A stretch of 64,000 bases of DNA from NCBI GenBank assembly GCA_964016885.1, contig OZ024740.1, positions 96,906,001-96,970,000 on the forward strand, given 5' to 3'. Position numbers and translations under genes: made by a program. The notes below the pieces were generated by a model, which ran no database searches, was not told where the DNA came from, and saw nothing but the letters and a program-made list of their open reading frames with translations. Numbering within the stretch: the first letter of the stretch is position 1; each line of letters opens with the position of its first letter. This DNA is from Eledone cirrhosa (taxonomy: Eukaryota). Positions 1-13,573 of the stretch are shown here, one piece after another.

Positions 1-609
1 CATATTTTCAGTCGTCTCAACTATCATTCATATTCATCAGTATTATCGATATGTATAAGCAAAATGTATGAAAATGTAAGTAAAGCTGCATTTAATTATA
101 TATTATAAATATAATATTACGGAAGTAATGTTTCCTAAGTGAACCAACTGCTGAATGATTGATTACAGTGAGTGGGGGAATGCTACGCATGTAATTTGAT
201 GAAAGTTCATAAGCATATAAAAGCTGTTAAATAATGGAAAACTGATTTTTTTTTTTGTTTGCTTTAATTTTCTTTTTTATTTTGCATGTTGTTTTGGGTT
301 TGTTTGTTTTTTTCCTTTTCGTATAATCCACTAACATGATCAGCCATTTCAAGATATTTAACGTTGGGGAAACAGAACCGAACAATGCCTTTCTATTTCT
401 CAGTGAGATATAAACGAAATAGTCATGAAAGTATATTCCGATAAAAATATATCTTATACAATTATCATTGATATTTCACATAAAACTACATGAAACGTGA
501 AGTATTGAGAAATTCGTAGAATCCAATTAACTTACATTTGAAGGCCATAATAGTTTTACTATTGCTCTTCATATTATCTAGGTGTATATATACTATATTA
601 ATTACCCTC

Positions 610-826
610 TTGGCAGTATCGGTAGAGAGTCGGGCACCATGCTTTGAAGCATAGAGTTACGTCTCTTTATGATCTGAGTTCAAAACCCGCCGAGGTTAAC
701 TTTTCCTTTCATCCTTACGGGGTCGATAAAATAAAGTACCAGTCACGCACTGAGGTCGATTTAATCGACTTTCCCATCCCCCAAAATTGGTGGCCTTGTG
801 CCTATATAAGAAACCACTATATTACT
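610..826 (+). mobile_element. tRNA-derived SINE (long form), first copy of a tandem pair
   Basis: B-box-like GAGTTCAAAACCC, then central CCTTTCATCCTTACGGGGTCGATAAAATAAAGTACCAG (resembles the MetaSINE core from memory); about 10 copies in the window. Confidence 0.85.
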
Positions 827-833
827 TACCCTC

Positions 834-1010
834 TTGGCAGTATCGGTAGAGAGTCGGGCACCATGCTTTGAAGCATAGAGTTACGTCTCTTCATGATCTG
901 AGTTCAAATCCCGCCGAGGTTAACCTTGCCTGTCATCCTTACGGGGTCGATAAAATAAAGTACCAGTAATGTACTGCGTAATTGCTGGTTTTGTGCCAAA
1001 AATAGAAACA
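834..1010 (+). mobile_element. tRNA-derived SINE (short form), second copy of the tandem pair
   Basis: Same head and core as 610-826; flanked by ATTA(A/C)TTACCCTC duplications. Confidence 0.85.
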
Positions 1011-3560
1011 ATTAATTACCCTCATTTTTATTAATATTTTGTAATTTTATCTGCTTAAATTTATGTATTTCATTTACGGGTATAAGCCTCAAAATATTAC
1101 AACCGACGTAACTAAAACCCACAAATTCAAACAACAAGAGATCAATGACAGTGATTTATAAATCATGCATACAATATCTTGAAGTTGTTACTTCTATTAT
1201 CTACAATATATCTGGACCGTACTGAGATCTCTACGTGATCGTCTGGAAAAGACCCTGTTATTTCACATCATTTCTGCTGCCCGATCTCTCAACTCCGAAA
1301 CGTATATGAAAACATTTTTACTTCATGAAAATTCGCCCATTTTAGTCTCAATTCCCAATCCATTGCTATTGCGTGTTCTTTTAGTAAACTTCAAACCTGT
1401 AGGCTTGCATAGAATTAAAAACAAGAGCTTCACCTATAAACTTACAACTGGTCTTGAACTGAATGGATGTACATTGCTAACGTAGCACTGTTGGACTTCG
1501 TTTAACGCATTTATAAACTATGTAACGAAGCCAATATCTAATTTATTGAATACGTAGAGCAATGTAAGCTGGGTCACACTCTGGTAAAGTGTTCTACCTT
1601 AAATGTAGATCTTTCTGCTTCTTTATAACAGATCAGATTATTCCAGGACCAAATTGTTTTAAAATAACTAATTACTGTTAGAAATGATCACTTCTTTTCT
1701 TGTATCCTAGTGCACATAAAGCTGTTTCGCCATTGCTGTTTCACTGTTGTTTCCACTACAAAAGCCATTGAATTTGTCCATCCATATTTCTACATAATCA
1801 TAATCAATGTTATGTAATTTGATTCAATGAAAAAGCCGACTTCATGTGATCAATCGACCTACGAGAAATAACAGCCAATACATCCACACATCCCACATGA
1901 CTGTCTTAAATATGAGACGGTCACATTAGATAACATGATAATAAAAACCATATGCATAAAAGGATAGAATGGAACGGCAGAAAGGCTTTTGATTACATTT
2001 CCGTTAGATGAAAGCTGAGCCGGAGTTAACGAACACAAACAACAACTTCGTGAAGCATGGCGGAAATACAATTATTTATAACTTTCTCAGAAACAATGCG
2101 ACAGTAGGTTATGCTATGCAATATGCGTTAAAGGGCAACTTGACCTTCCATTATGAAAGTAATTCACCGTATTGTTCAATATATAAATGGTTTATATAAT
2201 GTACATACGCATATATAAAACCATACATGTATATAGCGTTAGGTACACACAAACACATACACGATTATATATATATATATATATGTGTGTGTTTCTGTGT
2301 GCTTGTGTGTGCATGAGTGTATATACATGTATATGGGAGGAGGTTACGTGTATGTATCCGTATAAAGAGAAAGAAAGAGATGGATATTTAGATGTATATT
2401 GATATAGATATAGATAAGTGAGAATACACTATCTTAAAAATTGTGTATATAGCATTGATATCATAGTATTATATATTCTTATAGCATATATGGATTTGGT
2501 AATAGCAATAGAAAATACTGTCAGTAATGTTTTCAGATTTGTGAAAGCAATTAAATATTGGGAAATCGATGGAAGACTCCACCATCTGTTTTATGTGTAT
2601 GCACTTCGAGTGACATATGATAATTTATTTTAGTACCCGTTATGTCTGAGGAAGTGAAAGCTAAAGCATTTGAGATGTATGAAGCAGATATCGATATTTG
2701 ACTCAGGAAATGAATGAAATCATATATATATATATACATATATATATATAAACATATATATATATATATATGTGTGTGTGTGAGTGAGTGAGTGTGTGAG
2801 TGAGTGTGTGCTTGTGTTTGTGAGTGAGTGTGTGCTTGTGTTTGTGTGTGTGCGTGCGTACGCATATTTATATATTTCTCTCTGCTGTTTCTAATGGATC
2901 GACGGATAACTTGAATGCGATAAATCTGGTACACATTCGCTTTAATATATTTCCATATGAAGGTGAAGTGTGTACATGGTCAAAGACGATGTTAGAGATA
3001 GCAGCCAAAATATATTTTATTGTCTTTAAAATATATCAAATAGCGTAATTCTGGATATTGACTTAAAGGTACATAGTAGTTGTAGTCGAAATATCTCTAA
3101 CCAAAGACACTCCAGCCATGTAAGTTTGTATGTATATATGAATGTGTGGATGTATTATGAGTGAATTAATATCGTGCAGAGATGACGTAATAGTACTTGT
3201 TTCAAGACAAGATCCGAATTTTTTAATCGTTCCCCCACGCAGCGAAATACATGTTACGTAACTAAAAAGACCCAGCACAAATCTTACCCGGAATGAACTA
3301 ACACGACCGTCAATGTTCTCCCTTTCACCAGTCTAACATGTTTTATCACCCCTGTCGAGATTCATGCGCAAAATCTTGTCAGGTTTTATTCAATTCCGTT
3401 CTCAGCAGAACATCATTCCATTCGAGTTGAAAATCCGTTGGGTGAAAGGTGCGTCCTCGTGTACGGTTTGCTAATTTGTTGTAAAACTAATTCTCTCTAT
3501 CTCTCTCTCCCTCTCTCTCTCACACTCTCTTTATATGTAAAGGTACATACATACGTGCGT

Positions 3561-3618
<58 letters not shown>

Positions 3619-3880
3619 CATTTATGTTAGGTTACTTACCAATGTGGTGGTTCGATGACTGTCAGCTTTCCATAAAACACCAAATTAACAGGCTGTCGCC
3701 GTAACGAATTCTCTATATCTATTTTATTTTGTTTTATCTCCTATCTTCTATTCTATGTTTACGTTCAGCGTAATCATGTTACATAATTCTTCAAATAACA
3801 CCTGATGAAATCATCTAGTCTTGCAACATAATCGGAGGCTAGCCTTATACTTTTGTTTTGATATTTTAATATGTATGTAC

Positions 3881-3944
<64 letters not shown>

Positions 3945-4073
3945 CTGTGTGTGTATGTGTGTGTGTGCGTGTGTGTGTGTGTGTTCCGAAGAGATTGTTT
4001 TGGTAAAAACAGGAGCAAGCAGATGTAAGCTCTCAACATTCGTAGCTATTAGTTGCGACGGTGAGTTTATAAA

Positions 4074-4433
4074 AATAACAAAAATAAGGCTGGTAATACG
4101 TAAATCGTTTATTCATTATGATTATTCCCACGGTTCTCTATGCAATCAAGAAGTCCTTCACGCATTTGATGTTTGTTATGAGAACGGTATCCTAATATGA
4201 AAACCGATTTAGTGATATGCTGCCGGCAGGATAAAACACATCTCCTTCTGCTTGTGTCCCCAGCAGACATATTTCTGCTGGGCAGCATATCACTATATCG
4301 TTTTTCATATGTGGATACCGTTCTCATAACAAAAACAAATGCATGAAGGACATCTCGATTGCAAAGAGAACCGTGGAAATAATTATAATGATTAAACGAT
4401 TTATGTAATATCAGCATTATTATTTTTGTTATT
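4074..4433. repeat. Diverged inverted repeat (arms ~4074-4229 / ~4275-4433)
   Basis: CACGGTTCTC...GAGAACGGTATCC...AGTGATATGCTGCC is mirrored by GGCAGCATATCACT...GGATACCGTTCTC...GAGAACCGTG. Confidence 0.85.
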
Positions 4434-4439
4434 AAATGG

Positions 4440-4616
4440 CGTTGAATTGGAGGTATAAGGAGAAGGTAGGAACCCATACTTTGCAACATAGATCTTTACG
4501 ATCTGATTTCAAATCCCGACGAGATTAACTTTACCTTTCATCCTTACGGTGTCGATAAAATAAAGTACTTGTAATGCACTGGGATAATTGGTGGCCTTGT
4601 GTCAAAAGTAGAAACA
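4440..4616 (+). mobile_element. tRNA-derived SINE
   Basis: Core CCTTTCATCCTTACGGTGTCGATAAAATAAAGTAC; ATTATTATTTTTGTTAT-like target duplication on both sides. Confidence 0.8.
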
Positions 4617-4649
4617 ATTATTATTTTTTGTTATATATAGATTTTTGCG

Positions 4650-5064
<415 letters not shown>

Positions 5065-5244
5065 AGGAAAAGTCTGATGAGGATAATAACTCTGGGACGA
5101 CGAGGGATAATAACAAGTGACTGTTACGATCGTCTCTGTGTCAAAAACAAAATCACACTTTTTTCTATACTGATATTTCTGTTTTTTCCTTAAAGCCAAC
5201 AATCCTTTGGTATACAACTATCATGCAATTTACACCTGAAGATG

Positions 5245-6715
5245 TCAGCGAGTTCTTAAGAATTTAAAGAGGAGTCGTGTGAACGGGAGCAAGGCACGAC
5301 GGTCAGGCTGTTGTAGATGAAAGATGCGCTGTACGCATTCGCCAGCTCCGCTCGATCTTTCAGTGACAGCTTCCTCGCAGCCCATTTCTGGGTTAGACTT
5401 GCTACTCTGATCGTCACATCGTCCCAAATCATATCCATCTGGAGGTCTGGTCTGAACCAGACCGCGAGCAACTTTAGCGGTCCATCCATCCAGCGCCCAA
5501 CGACACTGTTGGACGGCATGGGCTATCCTCTCCAGGTGCCGAGTTGCAAGCCCACCGAATTTTGCGGGTTAAGTCTCGCTCCCGTCAGCCTTTCATATGT
5601 TTCCAATAAGTTGCCGATCACCTCAATTTCCGAGGTGTCCGACGCCATCACGGTGATGTCGTCCGAAAAAGCCTACACAACCTTTAACGTCTGGTTCTAG
5701 TGGCATACACTGCAACAAGACTGGCTTCCGCAGTAAAGCCTCGCGAGTCAATACGTAGAGAACGGAGGAGAGAGGGCACCCTTGAACGACCAATCGCGAG
5801 ATCTGAAACGGTTCCAGGAGGTGGTCATCAATTTTGATACTGAGCAGATGCCACTGAGTATTGCTGCGATCAAATTTTTGAAGACAGGGCCGAAGCCAGC
5901 TGCTTTAAGAACAGCCTCAGGTACCGATAGTCGACTCTGTCAAATGCTTTTGATTGATATAAATTGATCAGAGCCCCACTGAAGCCAGGTTTACACTCTA
6001 TCCTCTCTATGATGTATCACATGAGGTGGAGGTTGTCGTGTATGGACCTGGTCGAGCTTCCGAAAGTTTGCGCTTCCCCAACCAAATCCTCGACAACAAG
6101 CGTAAACAACTTCGCTAACACCTTCGCCAAAATCTTAAACTCAGGTTTGAGCAGAGTTATGGGCCTGAAATTATCTAATGTGTCCTTCATGTTCTCGTAT
6201 TTCCTTATCAGCGTCACTACGCCCCGGTTCACATAACTCTTACGCTGGCAGTTGCAGTAGAGCGATTCGAGTAGATCGGAGAACAAGTCTGGCATCTTTA
6301 CGTAAAGTTCGTAGAGCAGACCACCCAAACCGGATGACTTGCAACTTGTGCAACCGTCAAGGTCATCCAGAATTTCGACTGAAGTTATCGGCCTTTCGCT
6401 TCGCACAGCGTCGGCCATCGAAGGGTATGACAAGCCGTCGAGGTAGGGACTGAAGTCCGCTACCTTCTCTAACCCAACATTTCCCCCGAACAACCGAGCA
6501 AATTGATAGCGAAAGGCCTCACACATCGGCCTGGAATCAGTAAGTTCGTTTCCGTCTCACTCCGTGAAGGACGGAATTGTGGCTTTATTAGCACGCTGCA
6601 TCACTGCCACGCGGTCCTATTAAACGGCTTTGGTTACCTCTTTTCTCAAAGCATGCTCTCATTAAAGAAATGGTCTAATACCATTCCCGCCACGAGCACG
6701 TCAGCTGAATGTTAC
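5245..6715 (-). mobile_element. Decayed L1/Tx1-clade non-LTR retrotransposon, RT fragment
   Basis: ORF 6017-6526 has RGVVTLIRK...NFRPITLL..EFKILAKVLA...RSIHDNLHLM; downstream frames give QSKAFDRVD and QGCPLS-like motifs; frameshifted. Confidence 0.85.
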
Positions 6716-6739
6716 TACAAATAGTCTTTATAATAACAA

Positions 6740-7120
6740 TGTTCCTACTTTTGGTACAAGCCAGCAATTACTCCAAAGCAATAGTGGTGCATTATTTTAT
6801 CGACTCTGTATGGATGAAAGGCAAAGTTAACCTGTCGGGATTTGAACACAGAACGTAAACAGGCATAGCTCCTATGCTGCAAAGCATGGTCCTGACGCTC
6901 TACCGACACTGCCAATCACCCCCCCCCCCCCCCATTAATATTAATTTTTTTCTACTTTTGGCACAAGGCCAGCAATTATCCCATTGTATTATTGGTACTT
7001 TATTTTATCGACCCCGTAAGGACGAAAGGCAAAGTTAACCTCGGCGGGATTTGAACTCAGACCAGAAAGGGCCGTATCTCGTTGGTGCAAAGCATGGCGT
7101 ACGACCCACTACCGATGCTA
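6740..7120 (-). mobile_element. Two adjacent tRNA-derived SINE copies (~6740-6920 and ~6950-7120)
   Basis: Reverse-complement core TTTTATCGAC...GAAAGGCAAAGTTAACC...GGGATTTGAAC occurs twice. Confidence 0.8.
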
Positions 7121-7189
7121 AAAATACATATATACATATATACATACTTATATATGAAAACAAAATAGAAAGGGAGAGTTCAGTATTGC

Positions 7190-7232
<43 letters not shown>

Positions 7233-7259
7233 ATGTGTGTGGGTGGGTGTGTGTATATG

Positions 7260-7292
<33 letters not shown>

Positions 7293-7299
7293 TTTTTAA

Positions 7300-7613
7300 T
7301 ATATGTTTGTTGTTTATCGACACCTCAGTATGCAGATTGGAGCACTCGACGAGGTACGCAGGTTGGTTTGGTTACTCCGAAGTAATGTAAAATAAAGTAA
7401 TTAAGTCAAATATTTATGATTTGGCTTCGTTTATTGAAGAGGTACTGCTATATATATTTCGGTGAAAGCCTTCATTGACTGTGACCTCTTCAGGCAGTTT
7501 GAATTGGTGTGGTAGAGACAGGTACACATGTTGTTAAAGTGTTTTACTCTGTCAATACTCTGATATGTCCAGCTCCTGGTTGGGCTGTTATTTCTCTGAG
7601 GAACTGGAATCAT
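7300..7613 (-). mobile_element. Non-coding HHR-bearing PLE-type terminal fragment (family A)
   Basis: Inverted homolog of 9529-9840; ends at a (TA)-rich tract; contains HHR 7444-7498. Confidence 0.7.
7444..7498 (-). ncRNA. Type I hammerhead ribozyme, family A
   Basis: Minus strand: ACTGC-CTGAAGA-GGTCACAGTCAATGAAGGCTTTCACC-GAAA-TATATA-TA-GCAGT; stem I ACTGC/GCAGT, intact core. Confidence 0.8.
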
Positions 7614-8559
7614 ATGAATTCGAACAAATGAATTCCGGCATCATAGAAAAATCTCTCATCCCATTGTTCAGTTGTGAGAACATTCCTTAGTCAAAATTTG
7701 CGTAGAACTTACCTCGCTCTCAAACCCTATAACGACCCGGGTGGGTAGACAAGAGCTGATACCCCCCCCCCCCCAACACACACACACTTGCCGAATAAGT
7801 TAGGGGAAACCCCAGCTTACATAGGTAAATGCATCTCTTTTCTTTTCCTCTTTGTCTCCTTCTTCCCCCTGTCTCATCCTATCACTTCCTTCCACCCCCT
7901 ATTTTCTTCCTCGTCTGCTTTCCCTTTCGCCTATCCCGATGCAGCCCATTGGGCCTTGTAGAATCAGTTGCCCCACCCCTGTTATTTTAAGATTGAATTG
8001 GCCGAATACGTTTTACTAACTACTTATAGCAGATGTGTTAAAACCCCTTTAAGTTTGTATCTGTTTTGTAATTTCTATAAAGTTTTTCTATTCTCAACTT
8101 ATTACCCTGTAATTGTAAGATAGCATTGTGATCTAATTATTCATTTCTCACTATATAATTTTATATTTATTTATTTATTATTTTTTTTTTCTTTCTAGTA
8201 TTTTCTATAGTGTCCTAGTCTCTTTCGTTTTACCTATTCTATAACCACCCTCCCCCACTTCATACAGTATCCTTAGAATCTGATGTATACATATCACTTT
8301 CAACGCTTGACCGCCCCACTCACTCCCCTATTGTTCTACAGGCAAGTTCAGCCACACCAACCACCCACCAAATGCCATGATAGACTTATTTGTGTTTACA
8401 ACAAATGTTAACCAATCCTCTTGACAACTACAATCTTCCCATATAAGGAAGTACCCACTTGAATAGTTCGGCTATTTATTCACCAGGCTAAACATTCTAA
8501 TTTAGTCCAGAAATAGCCGTCGAAACGGCTTGAGCTCTGCCGTCGGTGTCATACTTTTT

Positions 8560-8618
<59 letters not shown>

Positions 8619-8696
8619 ATGTGTGTGTGTAAGTAGTATTTGAAAAAAAATGGCTAATTACACTAAATGTAATCTGAGTTTTTCGAATATTAATAA

Positions 8697-8880
8697 TTGT
8701 TTCTACTTTTGGCACAAGGCCAGCTATTACACCATGGTATTATTGGTACCTTATTGTATCGACCCCGTTAGTTGAATGGCAAAGTCAACCTTGGTGGGAT
8801 TTAGACTCAGAATGGCAAGAGCCGTAACTCAATGCGTCAGAGTATGGCGTCCGACACTCTACCGATACTGCCAATCCACA
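8697..8880 (-). mobile_element. tRNA-derived SINE inserted into one arm of an inverted repeat
   Basis: SINE core on the minus strand; ATTAATAAT duplicated at both ends; host arms ~8655-8945 and ~9150-9245 are reverse complements. Confidence 0.8.
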
Positions 8881-9243
8881 TATTAATAATGACATTGGAT
8901 TCGTTTACAAGTATGCAAACAAGCCTCATTTTTAAAGCCATGTCAGTTCGCCAGTCTGCTGATATGCAAATCTGGCTGCTCAGTGGATCTGCTAATGTCT
9001 GATCAGCCAGTCTGCGAATATACAAATCAGGCCGATCAGTCACTGTATATTTTAGAAAATAGAATATATTTTCACTAGCTCTGACAGTTGGCAGGTGAGC
9101 AGTGATCTGTACTTGCCAACACTAGAGCAAGAATGAAGGATTCATTCTATTGACATGGCTTTGAAAATGAGCTTGTTTGCATAATTTTAAACGAATCGAA
9201 TATTACTAATAATATTCTGAAAACTCAGATTACATTTATTAAT

Positions 9244-9297
<54 letters not shown>

Positions 9298-9300
<3 letters not shown>

Positions 9301-9517
9301 AAATATAGCAACGACGAGTGGTTACTGCCTCATTATGTTTATTGGTTGATGACGCGCGTTTCGCTCCTGATCAGCCCGACTCTGTAATCCACCGCTCGTC
9401 AGATCTCTTGTAATGGTAATGAAAAAATGATGCTCGACACATCGACACAGAAGTGAACCTAATCATCGAGTGTTCACGCGGATGAACCTACCGTAACACC
9501 AAGTTACGCTCCCTGGA
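9298..9517 (-). mobile_element. ~220-bp ORF-less mini-element between (TA)n tracts, carrying an HHR
   Basis: Bounded by TA runs on both sides; HHR at 9348-9405; terminal 65 nt shared with 14850-14914. Confidence 0.6.
9348..9405 (-). ncRNA. Type I hammerhead ribozyme, family B
   Basis: Minus strand: GAT-CTGACGA-GC...GC-GAAAC-GCGC-GTC-ATC; GUC site, palindromic stem III; stems I and II are short. Confidence 0.65.
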
Positions 9518-9528
9518 TATATATATAT

Positions 9529-9840
9529 GATTCCAGTTCCTCAGTGAAATAACAACCCAACCGGGAACTGTGCAGATCAGAGTATTGACAAAGTTAAACA
9601 CCTCAACAACATGTGTACTCGTCTCTACCACACTAATTCGGACTGCCTGAAGAGGTCACAGCCAAAGATGGCTGTCACCGAAATATATATAGCAGTAATA
9701 AACGAAGCCAAATTTTAGACATTTGACTTATTTATTTTATTTTACATTACTCCGGAGTAACCAAACCAACCTGCGCACTTCATCGAGTGCTCCAATCTGC
9801 ATACTCATACTGAGGTGTTGGTATACAACCAACATATACT
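9529..9840 (+). mobile_element. Non-coding HHR-bearing PLE-type terminal fragment (family A)
   Basis: Homologous to 7300-7613 in the opposite orientation; flanked by TA runs. Confidence 0.7.
9642..9696 (+). ncRNA. Type I hammerhead ribozyme, family A
   Basis: ACTGC-CTGAAGA-GGTCACAGCCA-AAGA-TGGCTGTCACC-GAAA-TATATA-TA-GCAGT; 11-bp stem II with one mismatch; AUA site. Confidence 0.88.
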
Positions 9841-9912
<72 letters not shown>

Positions 9913-10357
9913 GAATAATCGAGTATCGGAAAATCAGCTCACGAATTAACGATAAACAAATCCGATATGAGTGGCAGAGGGCTAAATAATTTGGATAAAT
10001 CAGAGCTATAACTATCGTTAAATTACCAACACATAAAGATTAAGCCTAAAATCATCCGTGCAGCCGAAAAAGAACGACCAGGAAGATTCGGGTCACTCAA
10101 ATAAAATATCAATAAATCAATAATTTAAATGAATGTAAAAAACTTACCCGGACCCGCTAGAAGGGTGTTAAATCTAGCTTCTTGGTTTTCTATATATATA
10201 TATATATATATATAATAGATATATATATAATATAGATACATTATATATATACATACATATATATACATATATGTATATAAATATACATATATATATGTAT
10301 ATATATATGTATATGTAATATATATATATTATATATACATATATATATATATATATA

Positions 10358-10505
<148 letters not shown>

Positions 10506-10509
10506 TATA

Positions 10510-10954
10510 GGAGGTGTGTCAGAAAAGTTCCAGGACTCATGTCACAAAACATTTATTTCAAACAGAAACTTCACACTAAGAGTTTTCTCCTTCAAGGTAC
10601 TCCCCCTGCAATATGTAACTGTAATCTTAGCTCTCTGCAGCGATCATACTTTTTTCTTCATAATTTTATATACCTGTCCTCTGTTTCATGTCGTTAAACA
10701 ATGAGCACAGACCAACGAACAAACTTGAAAACTCCGTCAGAAGCATTGGGATTGCTGCAGCAAGTGTATGGAGATGAGACGATGTCATGCTCACATGTTT
10801 TGTGTGGTGCAAGAGGTTTGAAGAAGGACACGAGGACGTGGAAGATGACCCCAGGAGCGGAAGGCCCTCAACAACCAGGACTGGTGTCAACGTTGAGCGC
10901 GTCAGGCAAATGGTGCGTAGCGATTGTCGGCTGACTTTTCGACTGATGGCAAAT
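10510..10954 (+). mobile_element. Mariner transposon 5' fragment (left TIR plus HTH region)
   Basis: TA then GGAGGTGTGTCAGAAAAGTTCC TIR-like start; translation LLQQVYGDETMS...WCKRFEEGHEDVEDDPRSGRPST matches the mariner DNA-binding region; truncated before the DDD domain. Confidence 0.9.
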
Positions 10955-11081
10955 AAAGCTATATTCGATGAAAACGCTGAATACTACAACGCGTTAAAAA
11001 GAGCAGGATATATGAATAATATAGAATATGAAGATAATAATAATCCAAGTATTAATCTTAATAAAAATAATAACATATATA

Positions 11082-11227
11082 AGATAAACTATAATAATTA
11101 TAAGAGCTAGAACTAAATCACTTATATGGTTCGCCCCCACCTGCTTCGGTCGCAGATAAACTATAATAATTATAAGAGCTAGAACTAAATCACTTATATG
11201 GTTCGCCCCCACCTGCTTCGGTCGCAG
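11082..11227 (+). repeat. Perfect 72-bp tandem duplication inside the PLE ORF
   Basis: AGATAAACTATAATAATTATAAGAGC...CTTCGGTCGC starts at both 11082 and 11154. Confidence 0.95.
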
Positions 11228-12349
11228 TTAAAACACCAATTGCAAAATTATTCTTTAACGCTTTGGACACCTCTTTCCCTACTCAACATAAATACCATTC
11301 CATTTTTAATACACATGCCATTAAATTCTCGTATTCTACAACTATGAACATGGCCCAAAACATTGCCAAATTAAACACTAAAATCCTAAAACAAAACCAG
11401 CATCTTAATAATAGAGTTAACATACTTGATACTAAACCAAAATGTAATTGTAGAAATAAAACTGATTGCCCTTTGCAAAATAATTGTCTAGATAGTAATT
11501 TGCTTTATAAATGCACCGTAAAAACTGATCACAACACATACAACTACATAGGATCGACTTCTTCTACATTTAAAGCCAGATTTGCGAACTATAAATGCTC
11601 ATTCTCGAACTCCAAGAGGAAATAATCCACGTCTTTATCACAGCTCATATGGTCATTAAAAGAGAGGAATTTAAAATACTCCATTCTTTGGACAACACTT
11701 CGGAACTGTGGAGTTTACCGCAATTCTAGTATATCAAATAACTGCGCGCTCTGTACAATGGAGACCCTCTTGATGAGACCCTAATTAACAAAAAAAGTGA
11801 ATTATTCTCTAGTTGCCTCCATAAAGCTACGTCAAGATTCTTAGCCTCCCACAAAACGAGAAAAAAAGAGAGAGAAACACTAAACCATTAAAAACTTGGT
11901 TTTCAGACGTATATAATCAACAGGCAAAAACATTAATGGCCTTTAATCCTGCATTATCTTATAACTATCTCTAGAAGAAATAACGCTCGAATGAAAGACA
12001 CTTGTTCAATAACATGCCGGAACATTGATATACATAACGTAATATTATTAACTCTGATCCAAACCATTATTTCTTTATTTCTCTATATTTATCTTCCTAT
12101 CAAAGTTTTAAATTTTAGTTTAATATCCAACCTATACATTTTTACTGAACTTATTTCTAACTGTGAATCTTTCATGCGTTTTTGATCTCTTATTTATAAT
12201 ATGTATGTAATTATATTTTCTATGTTTTTAAATATACCTACTGCATTTTAATAACTATGATTCACATATAGAGCAAATATACAAACTATAAATTTGTATA
12301 GACCTTATTATGAACTCTGAATTATCCATGCATGTATTATTGTTTTTCT

Positions 12350-12380
<31 letters not shown>

Positions 12381-13321
12381 TTAACTGTAACACGTCGAAA
12401 TTTATTATATAACATTATAACCGTTATCATTTACCTAAAGTATACTGTATCACTAATACCTAATATATATCCATATATACTTCCCTGTATCTTTTTATAC
12501 ATCATTTTTAGTTAACTTCTAAATTTCTTGATTATTATTTAATTTTAACTATGAATAAATAATGTATTTACACCCTGTTATATATAGGTATATATTTAAC
12601 TTTAGCATGCCTGAATCTATTATTTTATTTTTATTTTCGTTATCATTTATCAAAAATATACTGGCTCATTAATATATATCTATATACATAATCGTTATTT
12701 AAAGATTTCTAACAATAAGTACTTCATAAGCTTTACATACCGAATATGTTGACAATGATTATCTTCGTTAAAGCTTACATTTAGAAAAATATTCAACGGT
12801 GTAAACTTTCATTTCCGCTGGCCAGCTAAATCCTTTAAATGTTATCCTCATAAAATATCAGAAGTTTAGAAATGTTAACACACTTATAGAATTTACAAAA
12901 CTAATAAATATAAATAACCAGCAATTTAAAAAAACACCCAAAATCTTGATTCTTCACCCTAAAATAGCATAAATTAAATATTTTCAAACTTAACCGTTTA
13001 ACTTTCGGAAAAAATCTCCTTCTGTATATATTAGCCCCCTTATCTTTCCCTCTCTATATATCCCATTCCAGTGACTCTCATTGACTGTTATAATTCATGA
13101 GATGTTTTCCTAGATAAACATAAATTGTAGTATCATACATTTTAAAATCTCTATAACTGTTACATTAAGCAACGTTTTTCTTACTCACACATTCTCTATT
13201 GAATTTATTACGTTTTCGCATTTTCTCATTATTAGGGTATAATGTTAAATTTTCTCTTAGGTTAATCACTACCTTGATTAAATCTTAACCATTTAACATC
13301 TCAGGGTATGTCATGTATCAT

Positions 13322-13380
13322 TATATTTTGTCTGATGAGGACGTACTGTTGTACATCAAAAATATGTATAGTAAAATGTA
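13322..13380 (+). ncRNA. Hammerhead ribozyme, family C, mutated core
   Basis: TATATTTTGT-CTGATGA-GGACGTAC-TGTT-GTACATC-AAAAA-TATGTA-TA-GTAAAATGTA; CGAAA has become AAAAA relative to the copy at 58612. Confidence 0.7.
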
Positions 13381-13418
13381 ATTGATCAACAGAACATTTA
13401 TTTTATTAATATTTGTAT

Positions 13419-13483
<65 letters not shown>

Positions 13484-13573
13484 TATATAAAAGGTAAACA
13501 GAAATAACAACACAATCTGTACAGTATATGGAAGGGATATATTAGGTTATCGCTTCATATAGCAGGAAGAAGG

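Larger units (their letters stand above)
10952..13420 (+). mobile_element. 5'-truncated PLE, family 2 (thumb-GIY-YIG remnant plus ~1.5-kb 3' UTR)
   Basis: AEYYNALKRAGY, CNC..CPLQNNCL, LLYKC...YIGSTSSTFKAR; homologous to 56791-58712; ends in an HHR and then (TA)n. Confidence 0.9.
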
